64,000 nucleotides of DNA from Camelus dromedarius (taxonomy: Eukaryota): positions 30,816,001-30,880,000 of the forward strand of contig NC_087436.1 of NCBI RefSeq assembly GCF_036321535.1, given 5' to 3'. This document shows positions 13,430-25,720 of the stretch, piece by piece (the first letter of the stretch is position 1; each line of letters opens with the position of its first letter). The notes below the pieces were generated by a model. That model worked only from the letters and a program-made list of their open reading frames with translations, made no database searches and was not told where the DNA came from. The translations under genes and the position numbers were made by a program.

Positions 13430-13680
13430 AATTTCTCAAATAACAAATATTTATTAAACATCTGCTATGTGGCACCTACTACATCAGGCATGCTAGGAAT
13501 GAAATAATAAATAACAAATGAGTACACTCTCCACTAGGCCAGCCTACATATAGGGGAAGGCAAAGGGAGAGAAACAGACTCAAAAGGAATAAATGAGCTC
13601 GATATAGAGCTTTGGAAACAAAAATAAGGGTGTGAGGTGCTATAGCAGCATAGGAAAATGACTATTCAGCTTGGGAAATA
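13430..13680 (-). mobile_element. L2 LINE 3' fragment
   Basis: aacaaatatttattaaacatctgctatgtggca matches the reverse complement of the L2 3' terminus. Confidence 0.65.
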
Positions 13681-13900
13681 TTTACTCTTTCTTCTCCCTT
13701 CTTCTCTGTCCTTACACACACATGAGTGTGCACAAACACATAGACATCTGTAACTTTAAAAAATACAAAACTTGAGTTTGCCAAGATTTCTGCATAACTA
13801 AAAATTATTATTTGAAGTGCTGATTTGGGGGTGCATTTGTGACTGAACATCCAATAGTTTCAGTAGTCCTCTAGTTAGTGTGGGTAACATAGTCATGTTA

Positions 13901-14320
13901 TGTGTCGGTACCAGTCCTGAGCCCATTTGCCTGCATGTCCATTCTTGGCCGGCTTCTGCTCTGCCCTGTGATGTGGCCTGTAACCTCCTACTGGATTTCC
14001 CAGATTCTGAGGTCAGTAGGGGCTGGGGGTGAAGCAGGAGAAACCACGGTATCTCTTCTTCTCCCACTGAAGGTGTGTTCATCTGACCTGCACAGGCTGC
14101 CACTCTTGCTGTGACTCGGGCTCCTCAGATTCAACAACTCTGAATCTTTTCTGCGGAGGAGGGATGGGGGCTTTTTGCTGGGGCTTACATCTGGGTCGCC
14201 TCAATATCTCCTGTCCCATTTAGCTTCTTAACTATTTGGTAACCATGTAAATCAACCTCTGAATACACTTCACTCTTTTAAATACACAGTTTCTGACTGT
14301 AGGTTAGGCCCTGGCAGACA
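13901..14320 (+). mobile_element. ERVL LTR (LTR33-like)
   Basis: Starts tgtgtcggtaccagtcc and ends ...aaatacacagtttctg...ggccctggcagaca, similar to the recalled LTR33 termini. Confidence 0.6.
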
Positions 14321-14444
14321 TGCTTCCCAGACACTTCACCATGCTAAAGTTTTGAATTGAATGGTCTTAGAAATTGTGTTGAGCCATTTTCAGCTATGCT
14401 AAATCATGCCAGTCAGTTGTGCTTTCATAATGATGATAAACATT

Positions 14445-14660
14445 TACTATTCGTTGTGCTGTTACTAATTTCCATGTATTTTATGTGTATTATTTTATTT
14501 AATCATTCTAAGAACTCTGGAAGGTCAGTACAATCATTTTTCTAGTTCACAGATAAGGAAACTGAGGCCTAGAAACTTAATGTGACTCATCCAAGGCAAC
14601 CTTGTTTACAGGTAGCAGAACCAGGACCACACCTGGTCTTTTAACGCCACTGGCATTGCT
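14445..14660 (-). mobile_element. MIR SINE
   Basis: MIR core in antisense: acagataaggaaactgaggcctagaaacttaatgtgactcatccaagg. Confidence 0.85.
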
Positions 14661-15869
14661 TGTAGATACTCCTTCACAGCCAGGAATCTTTTCTGCCTAA
14701 GGCTACTTTCCTTCCCTCTTAGCTACAGCCTGCATTTATTTGCTGCTTTAAATATTAGACATTCTGGGAAATCTTACAACTGAATTTGTTAAAATTAAAT
14801 CTATAATATGGGCAAATGTAATTCATATGAGTCTAGAGAAAACTCTTATAAATACAGTATTCAAGTTTTAATTTATGAATAAGATGAGGATTATTTTAAT
14901 TTGCAAAAACTTTTCATTGTTTACTTTCTGATTCTTTGCAGTGTTCTGACATGTGAAGTCTGTTTGATACCTGAGTTCCCAGCTCCAATTTATCTCAACA
15001 CAAATAGGAATCCTGTTAAATTGTTACCGCTGTGAAGGCAAAAATTACACTTTATCAATCTCTGCATTCTCAGTCCATAGTTCCAGATCTGCGTCTTTGG
15101 AGATACTCAATAAATTTGATTTGTAACAGCAACTGGATGAGCATATGCATAAGTGGATATGTGTAAGGAGATAAATGTATCTAAGGCTCTAAAATAAATA
15201 TATGTGTAAATATCTGTAAAATAAATAACCTCAGATTAGGCAGAATAAATCTGCTGTAACTTTAAAAATTATTTCACATTACATACACAATCCCTGTAGT
15301 ATGCAACTGAAATGTGATTTATTAATCCATTCTTTGAATAGAAGAAATAAACTCAGATGTGGTAATGCTATGGTAGCATTTTAATTGGAGGTTGCTCATT
15401 ACACTGGTCAACAGTAGATTTTGACTGCTGGTCTTGCATGGGAGGCTGAATACAATGAAATACAAGAATTTCTCCAAGCATTTCCAAGCAAGTAGAAGCA
15501 TTTAGCCAGAATCTGAAAGCAGGTTGAAATTGCCATTGAAATAGCAGTAAAAAGATTAAAAAACTAGCGAGAACCCACAAGGAAACAAGATAGGATACTA
15601 CCAGGAGACAAAAGCTGCCAACTACATATTATAAGCTGAAAAGTTGACGTATAATTAGACTACTTACATGAGAAAAAAATGAAACCCCAGCTTTCAATGG
15701 GGGAGGACATCAAATGCAGGCTGATTCATCCTGCAAGGCTGTTAAAAGGCTCAAGATTTGGAGAAATCAGGTATGTCACATGGTAAGTTTTTGTGAAACT
15801 AATTATAGAAAAGACTATTGGGAAGTTTATACGACAGGCATTTACAATCTCAGATGCCTCCCCGCAAAG

Positions 15870-16326
15870 CAAATGACCCCCAATTTAGGATAGTTCTGCT
15901 TTACAATGGGGCAAAAGCAATATGCATTCAGTAGAAACCTTACTTTGAATTTTAAATTTTGATCTTTTCTGGGCTAGTGTTATGCGGCAGATACCGGACA
16001 GCGGCAGTGAGCCCAGCTCCCAGTCTGCCACCCAATCATGAGGTATGTAAATAACTCACACTCTTACAACCACCCATACTTATACAACCATTCATTTTCT
16101 CACTTTCAGTACAGTAGTCAGTAAATTATACGAAATATTCAACACTTCATTATAAAAACAGCTTAGATGATTTTGCCCAACTCTAGGCTGTAGCATGTTT
16201 AAGGTAGGTGAGGCTAAGCTACAATGTTCAATAGGTTAGGCATATTAAATGCATTTTCTGCTTATGGGTTTTTAACTTACGAAGGGTTTACTGGATCAAA
16301 CCCCAGTGTAGACTGCAGAAGATCTG
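15870..16326 (-). mobile_element. MER47/Tigger5 non-autonomous DNA transposon
   Basis: gatgattttgcccaactctaggct, tttaaggtaggtgaggctaagctacaatgttcaataggttagg and gcattcagtagaaacc match the recalled MER47 consensus in antisense. Confidence 0.88.
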
Positions 16327-16329
16327 TTC

Positions 16330-17420
16330 ATACTAAGCAATTACCCCTTTCTACTTTGGTAAAATATGGAAGTTTACTCCCTGGAAATACTGAACCACGC
16401 AGTTTATAATCTTGGAGATGCTTAGTATCATCAAGGGTAGTAGTAATTATCTTCATCCAGAAAATATAAAAATTTTTATAAAAAGTTAAATTGTGGCCTC
16501 CAGCTCCTCTCAAATGCTAATAGCTAGGCCTACACTCCTAGTAGGAGTTTGAGGGACTCCAACCCTCTTGCAACTGTTCTTCCCAAGAAAAAAGGCCCTG
16601 AAAAACTATAGAATTTTCCTAATTTCCTAATTATCCTCTTACCTTTGCAGAGAGATATACCAGTCAACAAATACCACCTATTCATACAGTATTTCCAATA
16701 ACCATATTGCTGTTTCAACAGTAAATATGAATAAACTGTAAGAAATACTGATTTAGAGGAAAGTCATTTAGAGAAATGATTAAGGCCAGAACAAATAGAA
16801 AAAAAGTAAAACATAACATAAAGAGCAAGAAAAATATCTCCCAAAATTCTAAATTTAATATCTTTAAATGTAAAGAGAAGATAATGTACCAGTAAAATGA
16901 TACCAAGATGCTATACAAGCAGCATTCAGAAAACAAATAAAACACTTGAATTAAACCCATAAGAGTAGAAATTTTAAAAAACTTTCTAAAGAGAAAATTA
17001 AAATTAAACTTAAATTAAATTTTAAAATTAAAACCTTTCCGCTAAAAGCCACAAGAGAGATGAAAATTTAAGGAAAAAAGCTAACATCACATGATTGATT
17101 CAAGTAGTTCACTTCCTGAATAACAGAAGTTAAAAAAAAAAAAAAAAAGACTACCAAAAGGTAGAATTATTAAGAAAATAATACAAGTAAGTGTTCTAGA
17201 ACTTAAGAATATGAGGCCCTTAGTTTAAAAAAGCCAACCAAATTGTTAAATAATGAATGAAAAGAGATTTATTCCAAGGCACATAATTGTGAAATTTAAG
17301 AATACTAGGGATGCAGAGAAAATTCTAAAAGCATCAGAGAGCAAAAGAAAGTCATCTACAATTGATCAAGAGTCAGAAAGTTATCAGAATTGTTAAAGTA
17401 TCATTAAAAGCTAGAGTATT
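16330..17420 (+). mobile_element. Ancient L1 (L1ME/HAL1-type) 5' region and ORF1 remnant
   Basis: A-rich. ccaaggcacataattgtgaaatttaagaatactagggatgcagagaaaattctaaaagca translates as PRHIIVKFKNTRDAEKILKA, an L1 ORF1p motif. Confidence 0.75.
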
Positions 17421-17571
17421 GCTTTATGAATGAAAAATGTATGTTGACTGGAACTGGGTAGAGGGAGAGGGTAGAATTCTTTACCCTGCCAAATTAATAA
17501 TCATTGTACATTTTAATAATTTTCTGTTATTTGACTCCCAAGTACCAGTCATAAGAAATTACTATAGAATA

Positions 17572-18200
17572 GTGTATAGCAGAGGATTTATCCTTGCTCA
17601 AAGAGATGGTCTGGCCTTTGCCCTTGGAATTTTATGCCTAGTAGAAATGTAGTTTTTCACCTGATGGTCTTTGTATCATACCAGACAGTTTAACAATATA
17701 ATTTAGGGTGGAAGCTGACCACACTGTGGGGTGGGGACTGGCCATACAAGAAAGACAAATAATTTAGGGTAAGTGTTTGGGGTCACATGATATCACTCTG
17801 GGGATTGCAATCAATCCATCAATCATGCCTATGTAATGAAACCCCAATAAAAACTGAACCACGTCTCAGGTGAGCGTCCCTGTTTGGCATTACTTCACGC
17901 ATATTATCCTACAACATACCTGGAAAGTAATACCTTTCAACGCCATAGGAAGTTCTGCATTTGGTACTCCCCCAGTCTTCCCCTTTGTGCTCCTAACCCT
18001 GGCTGACCTTTATTTGTTTTCCTTCCCTGTCATACATTGTAACCATGAGTAAAACAGCTTTCAGTGACTTTTGTGAATCCTTCTAGCAAATTATCAAAAT
18101 TGAAGGTGATTCTGAAAATCTTCCAAACTTATAATTGCTGCCAGAAGTGAAGGTGGTGAACTGGTGGACTGTGCGTCCTCTAAACTTTCCAGTTGGTTCT
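17572..18200 (+). mobile_element. ERVL LTR (MER68/MER77 group) plus start of internal sequence
   Basis: ccttgctcaaagagatggtctggcctttgccc, aatcaatcatgcctatgtaatgaaaccccaataaaaact and gtaaccatgagtaaaacagctttcagtga...ttctagcaaattatcaaa. Followed by TGCTGCCAGAAGTG (18136-18149), a degenerate tRNA-Leu PBS. Confidence 0.85.
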
Positions 18201-19079
18201 CCAACTATTGCAAATATGCTCCACCAAATGAGGAAATAAATTTGGAAATAGTACATACTGGGATCTTAAAAATGAGGCATGTAGCAAAGGTGAGCAGAAT
18301 TCTCAGGATGGAGAAGAAGGGGCATCCCAAGATTCCAGCTTTGCAATGGGCCTCAATAAGCAGCCAGACTGGACCTGGAGGGCAGAGAACTCTGTAACTT
18401 CACTCCGAAAAGGAGGGAGGGAAGAGACTTGTGGGGATTTCTAAAGTAGGACTCTTCTGTAAGGCTCCAACAGCTTAGTGTTATGTAGGAACATAGTTTT
18501 TTCATTTCGCAAGTTGGAAATACACATTTCTACATTGATTTTTATATGAAAATGCTCAATTTTTAAATGTTGACAACAAATTCAAACATTTTGTTGTGTA
18601 AATGTAACAAATCTGTGGGCTGAATTCCACTAAAGTGCCCCATCAGTTTGCAGCTTTGCTCTACAGCATTTATTTCTCTATTGTGGCAGTGTTTTATGCT
18701 AAAAGAAAGGCTCTGATGATATTCCATATTTTTGCTAAGGTTCTATTCAACCCCACTCCCCAAGCTGATTTTTTTTTTCCAAAAACGACTTGGAATTCTG
18801 GATCTGTTAAGTTCACTCAATGCCAAATGTTCCTTTACTAGCTCAATCTATAGACATGAGAGGGAACATGCTTTCTCCAATGAGAAGTTAGCCAAGTTTG
18901 AGTTCAAGAGTCTTCACATAGATGGTTAGATGTAAGAGCTTAGGTTGCTGGGACCATGGAAAAGACCAAAGCCTCTCTGATACTGCTGTTCTCCTTGGTG
19001 AAGATATTTTCCTAGGAACCAATGCTTTCAGGGATCTCCTGCAAAATGGTGCTCAGCCATAGCTCCTAAGAATTCCAAA

Positions 19080-20300
19080 CTTCCTGCAAATAATATTAAA
19101 ATGCAACCATTCTCATTATTTCCATCACTTTCCAACCCCCTCTAATCCAGCACACATCTGTCACCCAGATAACTGCAACAGAACTCCAAACTGGTCCCTC
19201 ACTTCCACTCTTATCTTCCTTGATCTGTTCTCACCACAGCACTTTAAGAATAGAAGTCAGATGATGTCAGTTATCTGTTCAAAGTCATCCAGTGGCTACA
19301 TCTTACTCAGAGTTAAAGCCAATATAATTATGCTATCTATACTCTCTGCTCCCTTCCCACCCTCCCTCAGCTCTCTCCTTACTCTCTCTGCTTTTAGTCA
19401 AATTGGTCTCTGTGGTGGGCTGAAAAATGCCCCCCACCCATCACCATCATAAGGTATTCACCTCAAATCAACATAACTTGTGAATTATACCTTAGAGGAC
19501 AAAAGAAGTGATTAAATTAAGGGTCAGTAGAGGATCTGCTTTTCCTGGATAATCTGAGTGGCCATGAATGCAATCATATATATCTTTATAAAAGAGAAGC
19601 AGAGGGAGTTTTGAGAGAGACAGCTGAAGAAAAGACAATGTGAAGACAGAGACAGAGATGGGAGTGATATGGCCACAAACCCAGCAACATCTGCAACCAC
19701 CAGAATTTGGAAGAGGCAGGAAATGGTATCTCCCATAGAGTCATCAGAGAAAGTTTGGTGCAACATCTTTATTTCAAAGTTCTGGCCTCCATAACTGTGA
19801 GAAAATGAATTTCTGTTGTCTTAAGCCACCACATTTGTGGTGAATTGCTAAAGGAGCTACAGGAAGCTAACTAGGCCTCTTTGCTTTCTTTGAAGGATTT
19901 TCAACACACTCTAAACTCAGGGAACTTACATCTCCAGTCTTTTCTGATTGAAATATTTTTCTTCTAGATATCCAAAAGGTTTCTCCAGTTCTTTCCTGAA
20001 GTAACACATAATGTGTAAGATCCTCCCTGATCACCTTATTTAAAACTACAATCTCCTCGCATCCCCCATCCTCATCTGCTTTACTTCTCCCCACAGCACT
20101 TATAGAATACACTTTATTTATGAATGTGTTCATCATCTGTCTCCCTCAACAACAAGGATAATGTAATGTAAGCTCAATGAGGGGAGGGAACTGGGTCTGG
20201 TTTGTGTACCTGGGAATTTCCAGCACCTATGTTACTGCCTACAGCATGGAAAACGCCCAAAATATATTAAGGAATGCATATGTGCCTGAGAGAATGAAGG
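19080..20300 (+). mobile_element. L2 LINE 3' region interrupted by an MLT1 LTR
   Basis: L2-like on both sides of the MLT1: tcacccagataactgcaacagaactccaaactggtc...; tccctgatcaccttatttaaa...taagctcaatgaggggaggga...cagcaccta. Confidence 0.75.
19411..19872 (+). mobile_element. MaLR LTR (MLT1B/C/D type)
   Basis: Starts tgtggtgggctgaaaaatgccccc. Contains ttctggcctccataactgtgagaaaatgaatttctgttgtcttaagccacc and ends ctacaggaagctaact. Confidence 0.92.
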
Positions 20301-20605
20301 AACCAGGCAGAACTGGAATCCTGACCACTGTGCAATGTTTTTTGCTCCTGAATTAGGTCAGCGTGTTAAAGTTTACACTTCATGTTGCTATTTTTCTTTT
20401 TTTCTTTTAACATAATTTCATTCTCTTAACAGTCTATTTCCTTTCTTATAATCTTGTTTAAATAAAATGTAATGCTTTTGGTCAGGGTTGTGATATATTT
20501 AATTAAATATTATTAATATATCATTAAATATTTTATTAAAACTCAAATATTTCATTAAATACTTGTTTTACATTTTCTCTACTATGTACATTTTATTTTT
20601 AATTT

Positions 20606-20762
20606 TTAATATATACTTTTATTAAAATATAGTCAGTTTACAATGTTGTGTCAATTCTGGTGTACAGCATAATGCTTCAGTCATACATAAACATACATAT
20701 ATTTGTTTTCATATTCTTTTTCACTGTAAGTTACTACAAGATATTGAATATAGTTCCTTATG
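20606..20762 (-). mobile_element. Short L1 3'-end insertion (157 bp)
   Basis: Homologous to the 3' part of the 22458 L1. 10-bp TSD TTTTTAATTT at 20596-20605 and 20763-20772. Confidence 0.85.
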
Positions 20763-20869
20763 TTTTTAATTTGATTTTATTGATCAGTGTATCCTTTCTT
20801 TAGTCCTCTACCTACAACTTTCTATTACTAATTTTATCTCTTCATTTACATTTTATCCAAATTATTAGT

Positions 20870-21080
20870 GGAACAGTGGTTAAAAGTATAGACTCTGAAA
20901 TTATTGCATCCAGATCTGAATCTTCCTTGGTACTCACTAGATATGAGGTTTTGGAAAAATTTTCATTCTCTGAAAAATAGTAACAATAATAATCCCACAT
21001 ACAGGATTCTCATCCAAATTAAAGACTGCATATATTTTAAACTTATCTAACAGTGTCGGGTTTAGAATAATCCTAAACTA
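20870..21080 (+). mobile_element. MIR SINE
   Basis: agtggttaaaagtatagactctgaa...ctgaatc...tactcactagatatgag...aataataatccc...acaggatt. Confidence 0.7.
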
Positions 21081-22457
21081 ATGATTTTTAAGTTTCAAAG
21101 TTTTTTTCATTATATGATTTTTATGTCTGACTTTTCCTTATTTATTTTATTATGGCAAGCAGACAGCATAGGCATAAATTAAACATTAGAATCATTAAGT
21201 TTTTAAGAGGCCAATTTATTGAGTGCCTCTTTTACTGTAAATTACTCATCCACAGCACATCTCCATACTCATTTTCATTCATGAAATATGGTCTATTACC
21301 TCACATTTGTGTACTAACACCAGCACATGGATTGGGAGATATCATTAACATTAGCTTTTCAAAACAGGAACATCTGTATTGTGTATTCTGTAATAAAGAA
21401 GGGGGGGAGTGTTTTAAATCATGAAGTAAACTGCCCTAAAGGCTAAAATTGGTGCCAACTTAATAAGCCCATTATGGTTTATGAAATATTTGCGCTCTAA
21501 CAGCCTACAGTAAAGACCTGTGGTAGGTTTTCAATCGGATAAAAGGAAAAACAGAATATATTGGAATGAGGCCACATTTATCTAAATCAGCAGAGACATT
21601 TCCTACCGCAGTGACCTTTGCTGTGTTTTGAGGACTACAACAGCACTGAGAAACATTATTTCTCTTAAATACATAAAATACCTTGAAATAATCTGTCTTC
21701 ATCTACTTCTTTCCCCTATGATCAAGTATTCAAGACCTCAGTATAAGGGTTCATATGTTTGACATTACTATGTATTTCTCTCCACCACCAGGAGCTAATC
21801 TTACATTTTACCGAAATGGTACAATTCTCCTAGAAATGTCATATTCTTTCCTTTGATGATCATCACTCAAAACAACAGCTTTTTAAAAACCCATTGTGCT
21901 GACATATACTGAGAGGAATATTCTTAAGATGCCTAGAATCAATCAACATAATGGAAAGCCTAATGTTTAACATCTGTATAAATGCTTAGCTATGGGACAA
22001 AGTAAAGAGTCTGGGTAAACTAAATTCTTTTCTTTCTTTTGAAAGAGATATTGGACTGAATTTTTAATCTCTTCATTTATTACAGATTATAATACAACAG
22101 ACAAGACACAATCTGATTTTCCAAGTCATTCTACAGGTCTTCACATCATTTTTTTTTTCAAGTTGTCAAATTTTAAAATACTATTTTGAGGGGCAGTTAA
22201 AATATACTAATTTAAACTACAAGTGATTAAATTAAAAACAATGAGATTTCCTTTTTTAGGAAGTGTAAACACAGAGTTAACTTCATCTTAGTTTTCCCCA
22301 TCTTTCCATTTGGCTAAGTTAACTTTTTTGTACTTATTGTTAAGTTGTTATATATATTCTAATTACATTAATTAATAATTATATATGTTCTTTTATTTTT
22401 CATGACATATATGTGCATATATGCACATATGTACATATATATTATAAATAAAATACA

Positions 22458-22955
22458 ATATTTATACAATGGAATACCACTCAGCCATAAAAAAGAATAA
22501 AATAATGCCATTTGCACCAACATGGATGGACCTAGAGATCATCATTCTAGGTGAAGTAAGCCAGAAAGAAAAAGAAAAATACAATATGATATCATTCATA
22601 TGTGGAATCTAGAAAAAAAAAGGGCACTATGAACTCATCTACAAAACAGAAACAGACTCACAGACATAGTAAACAATCTTATGGTTACTGGGGGAAAGAG
22701 GTGGGAAGGGATAAATTTGGGAGTTTGAGATTTAGAAATGTTAGCCACTATATATAAAAATATATTTAAAAACTTTTTCTGCTGTATAGCACAGGGAACT
22801 ATGTTCAATATGTTGTAATAACCTATAATGAAAAAATATGAAAATGAATATATTATGTATAATCATGACTGGAACATTGTGTTGTACACCAGACATTGAC
22901 ACATTGTAACTGATGGTACTTCAATACATACATACATACTTACATATATACGCAC
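22458..22955 (+). mobile_element. 5'-truncated lineage-specific L1
   Basis: acaatggaataccactcagccataaaaaagaa, aacatggatggacctagagatcatcattcta and acagaaacagactcacagacatag, with a (TACA)n tail. TSD ATAAAATACA at 22448-22457 and 22956-22965. Confidence 0.93.
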
Positions 22956-23469
22956 ATAAAATACAGAATAGTCTCACATACATGATTGCATTTTCCTGGC
23001 ATTCATGTACTAATATTAAATTGTTCATTGGGTTATATGAAATAGATAACTAAAAAGTAATCCTATCACCAAGTTCCTATAATTTGAGAAAAAACTTAAT
23101 CATCCATGGTATTTGTTTCGTCCATACTCTTATTATGTATAACTTGCTTATGAGTTCTGACTAGAAATATGACCTAAAAGGTCTTTGTTCTTCATAATGT
23201 GCCCCATCCGGCCCTGAACTCCTGATTAAACTTGCTGCACAAGGCATTCTTTAAGTTAGACAATGAAAGAATCTGTGAAAATTAAACACAACTTACTGTA
23301 GGTGATACATTATGCCTTATAGACCTTTGTTTGTTATTGGTTTATCAAATTATTCTGCAACATAGTATGATTTTCAGAAAAAGGAATAAAGAACTTCTAG
23401 GATTTAATCTGGTGGATAGGTATGAAAGAGAAGAACACGTAAAATGTCTTGAGAATGGTATGATTCTTA

Positions 23470-23634
23470 TTTTTTGTTTGTTTGTTTTCATCTGGTTTTG
23501 TTTTGTTTTGTTTTTTAAGAGGGGAGATAATTAGGTTTATTTATTTACTTACTTAATTGAGGTACTGGAGATTGAACCCAGGACCTTGTGCATGCTAAGC
23601 ACGCACTCTACGAATTGAGCTATACCCACCCCTC
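23470..23634 (-). mobile_element. tRNA-derived SINE (camelid Vic-1 type)
   Basis: Minus strand reads GGGTATAGCTCAATTCGTAGAGTGCGTGCTTAGCATGCACAAGGTCCTGGGTTCAATCTCCAGTACCTC (Pol III A and B boxes) followed by an A-rich tail. 19-bp TSD at 23451-23469 and 23635-23653 with one C/T difference. Confidence 0.93.
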
Positions 23635-23799
23635 GAGAACGGTATGATTCTTAATTGGGGGAGTCACATACTGGTATTACATGTGCCAGCACAGGGGACA
23701 CTGAATCTACATGAAGTATTTAGAATGGAGCAATAACTCGAGGCTTCCAAAGCATAATAAAGACTCATCCTTTTTTGTCTGTTTACAGATACAATTTTA

Positions 23800-24580
23800 A
23801 CTCATTTATTCATTCACTGAAAAATATTTATTGAGTGCTTATTCTGTGCCAATATCTGTTCTAGGACTCAGACTTTTTTAGTGAAGAAAACATAGTGAAG
23901 AAAGACTTTCAATCTATGTAAGTTTACCTTCTTGGTCAGAGATAACAGACAAAAAAATTTAACTAATAGCTAAAATATATCATAACATAAAATGATACAA
24001 ACTACTGAAAAACAGAAAAAAGTAGAGCCATGTAAGGAGAACAGGGTGTCTATAATGCAATTCTAAATAACATAATGGGAATAGGGGTTATTGAGAAAGT
24101 GGCATCTGTACAAAGACCTGAAAGAGGTGAGAAAGTTAACAAGCAGTTACCTGGGAGTAGACCAGTAATGGCCAGGGAAGCAGGAGTAGAAGACAAGGTC
24201 AAAGAGATGACAAGGAGCAGGGGTGCAGATCATTCAGTGCTTTGTCAGTAACTGTAAGGATGTTAGCTCTTATTCTTAGGGAACTGAGAAGCCACTGCAG
24301 GGTTCTGATATAAAGAGCATGATCTGACATATTTTCACAGGATCTCTCTATTATTTTGAGAAGAGACAACAGTAGGAATCCGGAGAATGGTAGGGCTACA
24401 ATTATACTAATACTAATCCAGGTGAGAAATAACATTGCCAGGGCTCACAGGGACAGCAGGAGTAGTGATGAAGCTGATCAGGATCGTTTTCTGAATATAT
24501 TCCATTATTATTCCCTGATGAGATGGATGTGAGAATGAGAAAGAGCAAAGGAGTCAAAAATAACTCAATGATATTTGTGG
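23800..24580 (-). mobile_element. L2 LINE 3' fragment
   Basis: cattcactgaaaaatatttattgagtgcttattctgtgcca...gggaactgagaagccactgcagggttctga...tccaggtgagaaataac. Confidence 0.85.
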
Positions 24581-24584
24581 ACTG

Positions 24585-25252
24585 TTGTCACTGTTACAGG
24601 ATGAAATGAGCTGGAGGGAGTGAGCTCCCAGGTGTCAGAGTGGCCTGTTAAGACAGCAAAGCTAAATGAAGGTAACCATCAAGGTTTCAATCACCACAAC
24701 AGCATAAGCATGAGGCTAAATAGCAGAAAATGCTTTTCCCCAAGGTTTCATTCTTCTCCATGGAATGGCTCCCCATGAAGGTCAAGTGGATCAGCACAGA
24801 CCTGGGGATCATCTCACTGATGAAGGAGCCCCGAACAAAAGGCACCTATCATTTTATGGACCCAGGGGTCCAGGAACAGTGAGGGTAGGGCTAGGAATGA
24901 AAAAGTGTTAAATACTGAGTCAGAGTGGGGAAAAATATCTTTAAGGTTTACCCCATTCCTCTCAATAAAGAGGTCTTGGTAGAGACACTGGGGAAGGCCA
25001 TGGCTGAGGGCCCAGTGAACGGAGGCACCTGGGCTAGGAATAAGTGTAAGAGTGTGGGCCACCAGGGAAGGCTAAGTCCTTGACTGCAACTCCCTTTGGA
25101 GACTGCAATACCACAGGCTGTGCTACACGTCTGGTGTGGGGAGGACAGCTTCCCCCCAACGTCCTGCCAGGTAAAGCTTTTGTAATTGTCTATAGAGGGG
25201 CCTGAAAGATCATGCATAGGTTTTTGGTCAGCAGGCAGACTCTGCATTAACA
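24585..25252. mobile_element. LTR-like element, family unassigned
   Basis: GC-rich block of about 660 bp bounded by TGTTA (24592) and TAACA (25248-25252), abutting the L2 fragment. Confidence 0.55.
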
Positions 25253-25340
25253 TAAACTGATACAAGCCAGATTGTAAGTATACAAGATTTTTCAGAGAAG
25301 ATAGATGAGCTCAGTTTTGGACATATTTTACCTCACTCCC

Positions 25341-25720
25341 TGAGTCAGGCAGCTTAAGCCAACATATATATGATAATAATAACAAACAACCCCCAAATCT
25401 CAGTATTTTGCAAAGATTAAAAAATTTTTTTCTCATACTGTGTATCCACTGCAGGTTTCTGGAACCTCTGAGTCTCTGCCTCATGTGTTTTAGTTTGCTG
25501 GGTTTGTTTGTTTGCTTTTGTGTGTGTGTTGCAACACTGTTGAACTTGTGGGAGAAAGAACAGAGACATGAGCTCCACTCACTGATGGTGCTTAAAACAT
25601 CCACCTGGTTAAATCACCCTGACCAGGAAGATAGCTTAAGCCAAATAGCTCCCTTTCCTGGAGATGAGGAGAATTAGACTTTGGCCACCAGAAACACATG
25701 CATTGATATAATAGGGGTGA
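25341..25720 (-). mobile_element. Old MaLR LTR (MLT1K/L type)
   Basis: taacaaacaacccccaaatctcagt...tttttctcatactgtgtatccactgcagg, an antisense MLT1 pattern. Confidence 0.65.

Noticed and set aside
23555..23634. Functional tRNA gene
   Set aside because: The tRNA-like head is followed by a SINE body, an A-rich tail and TSDs.
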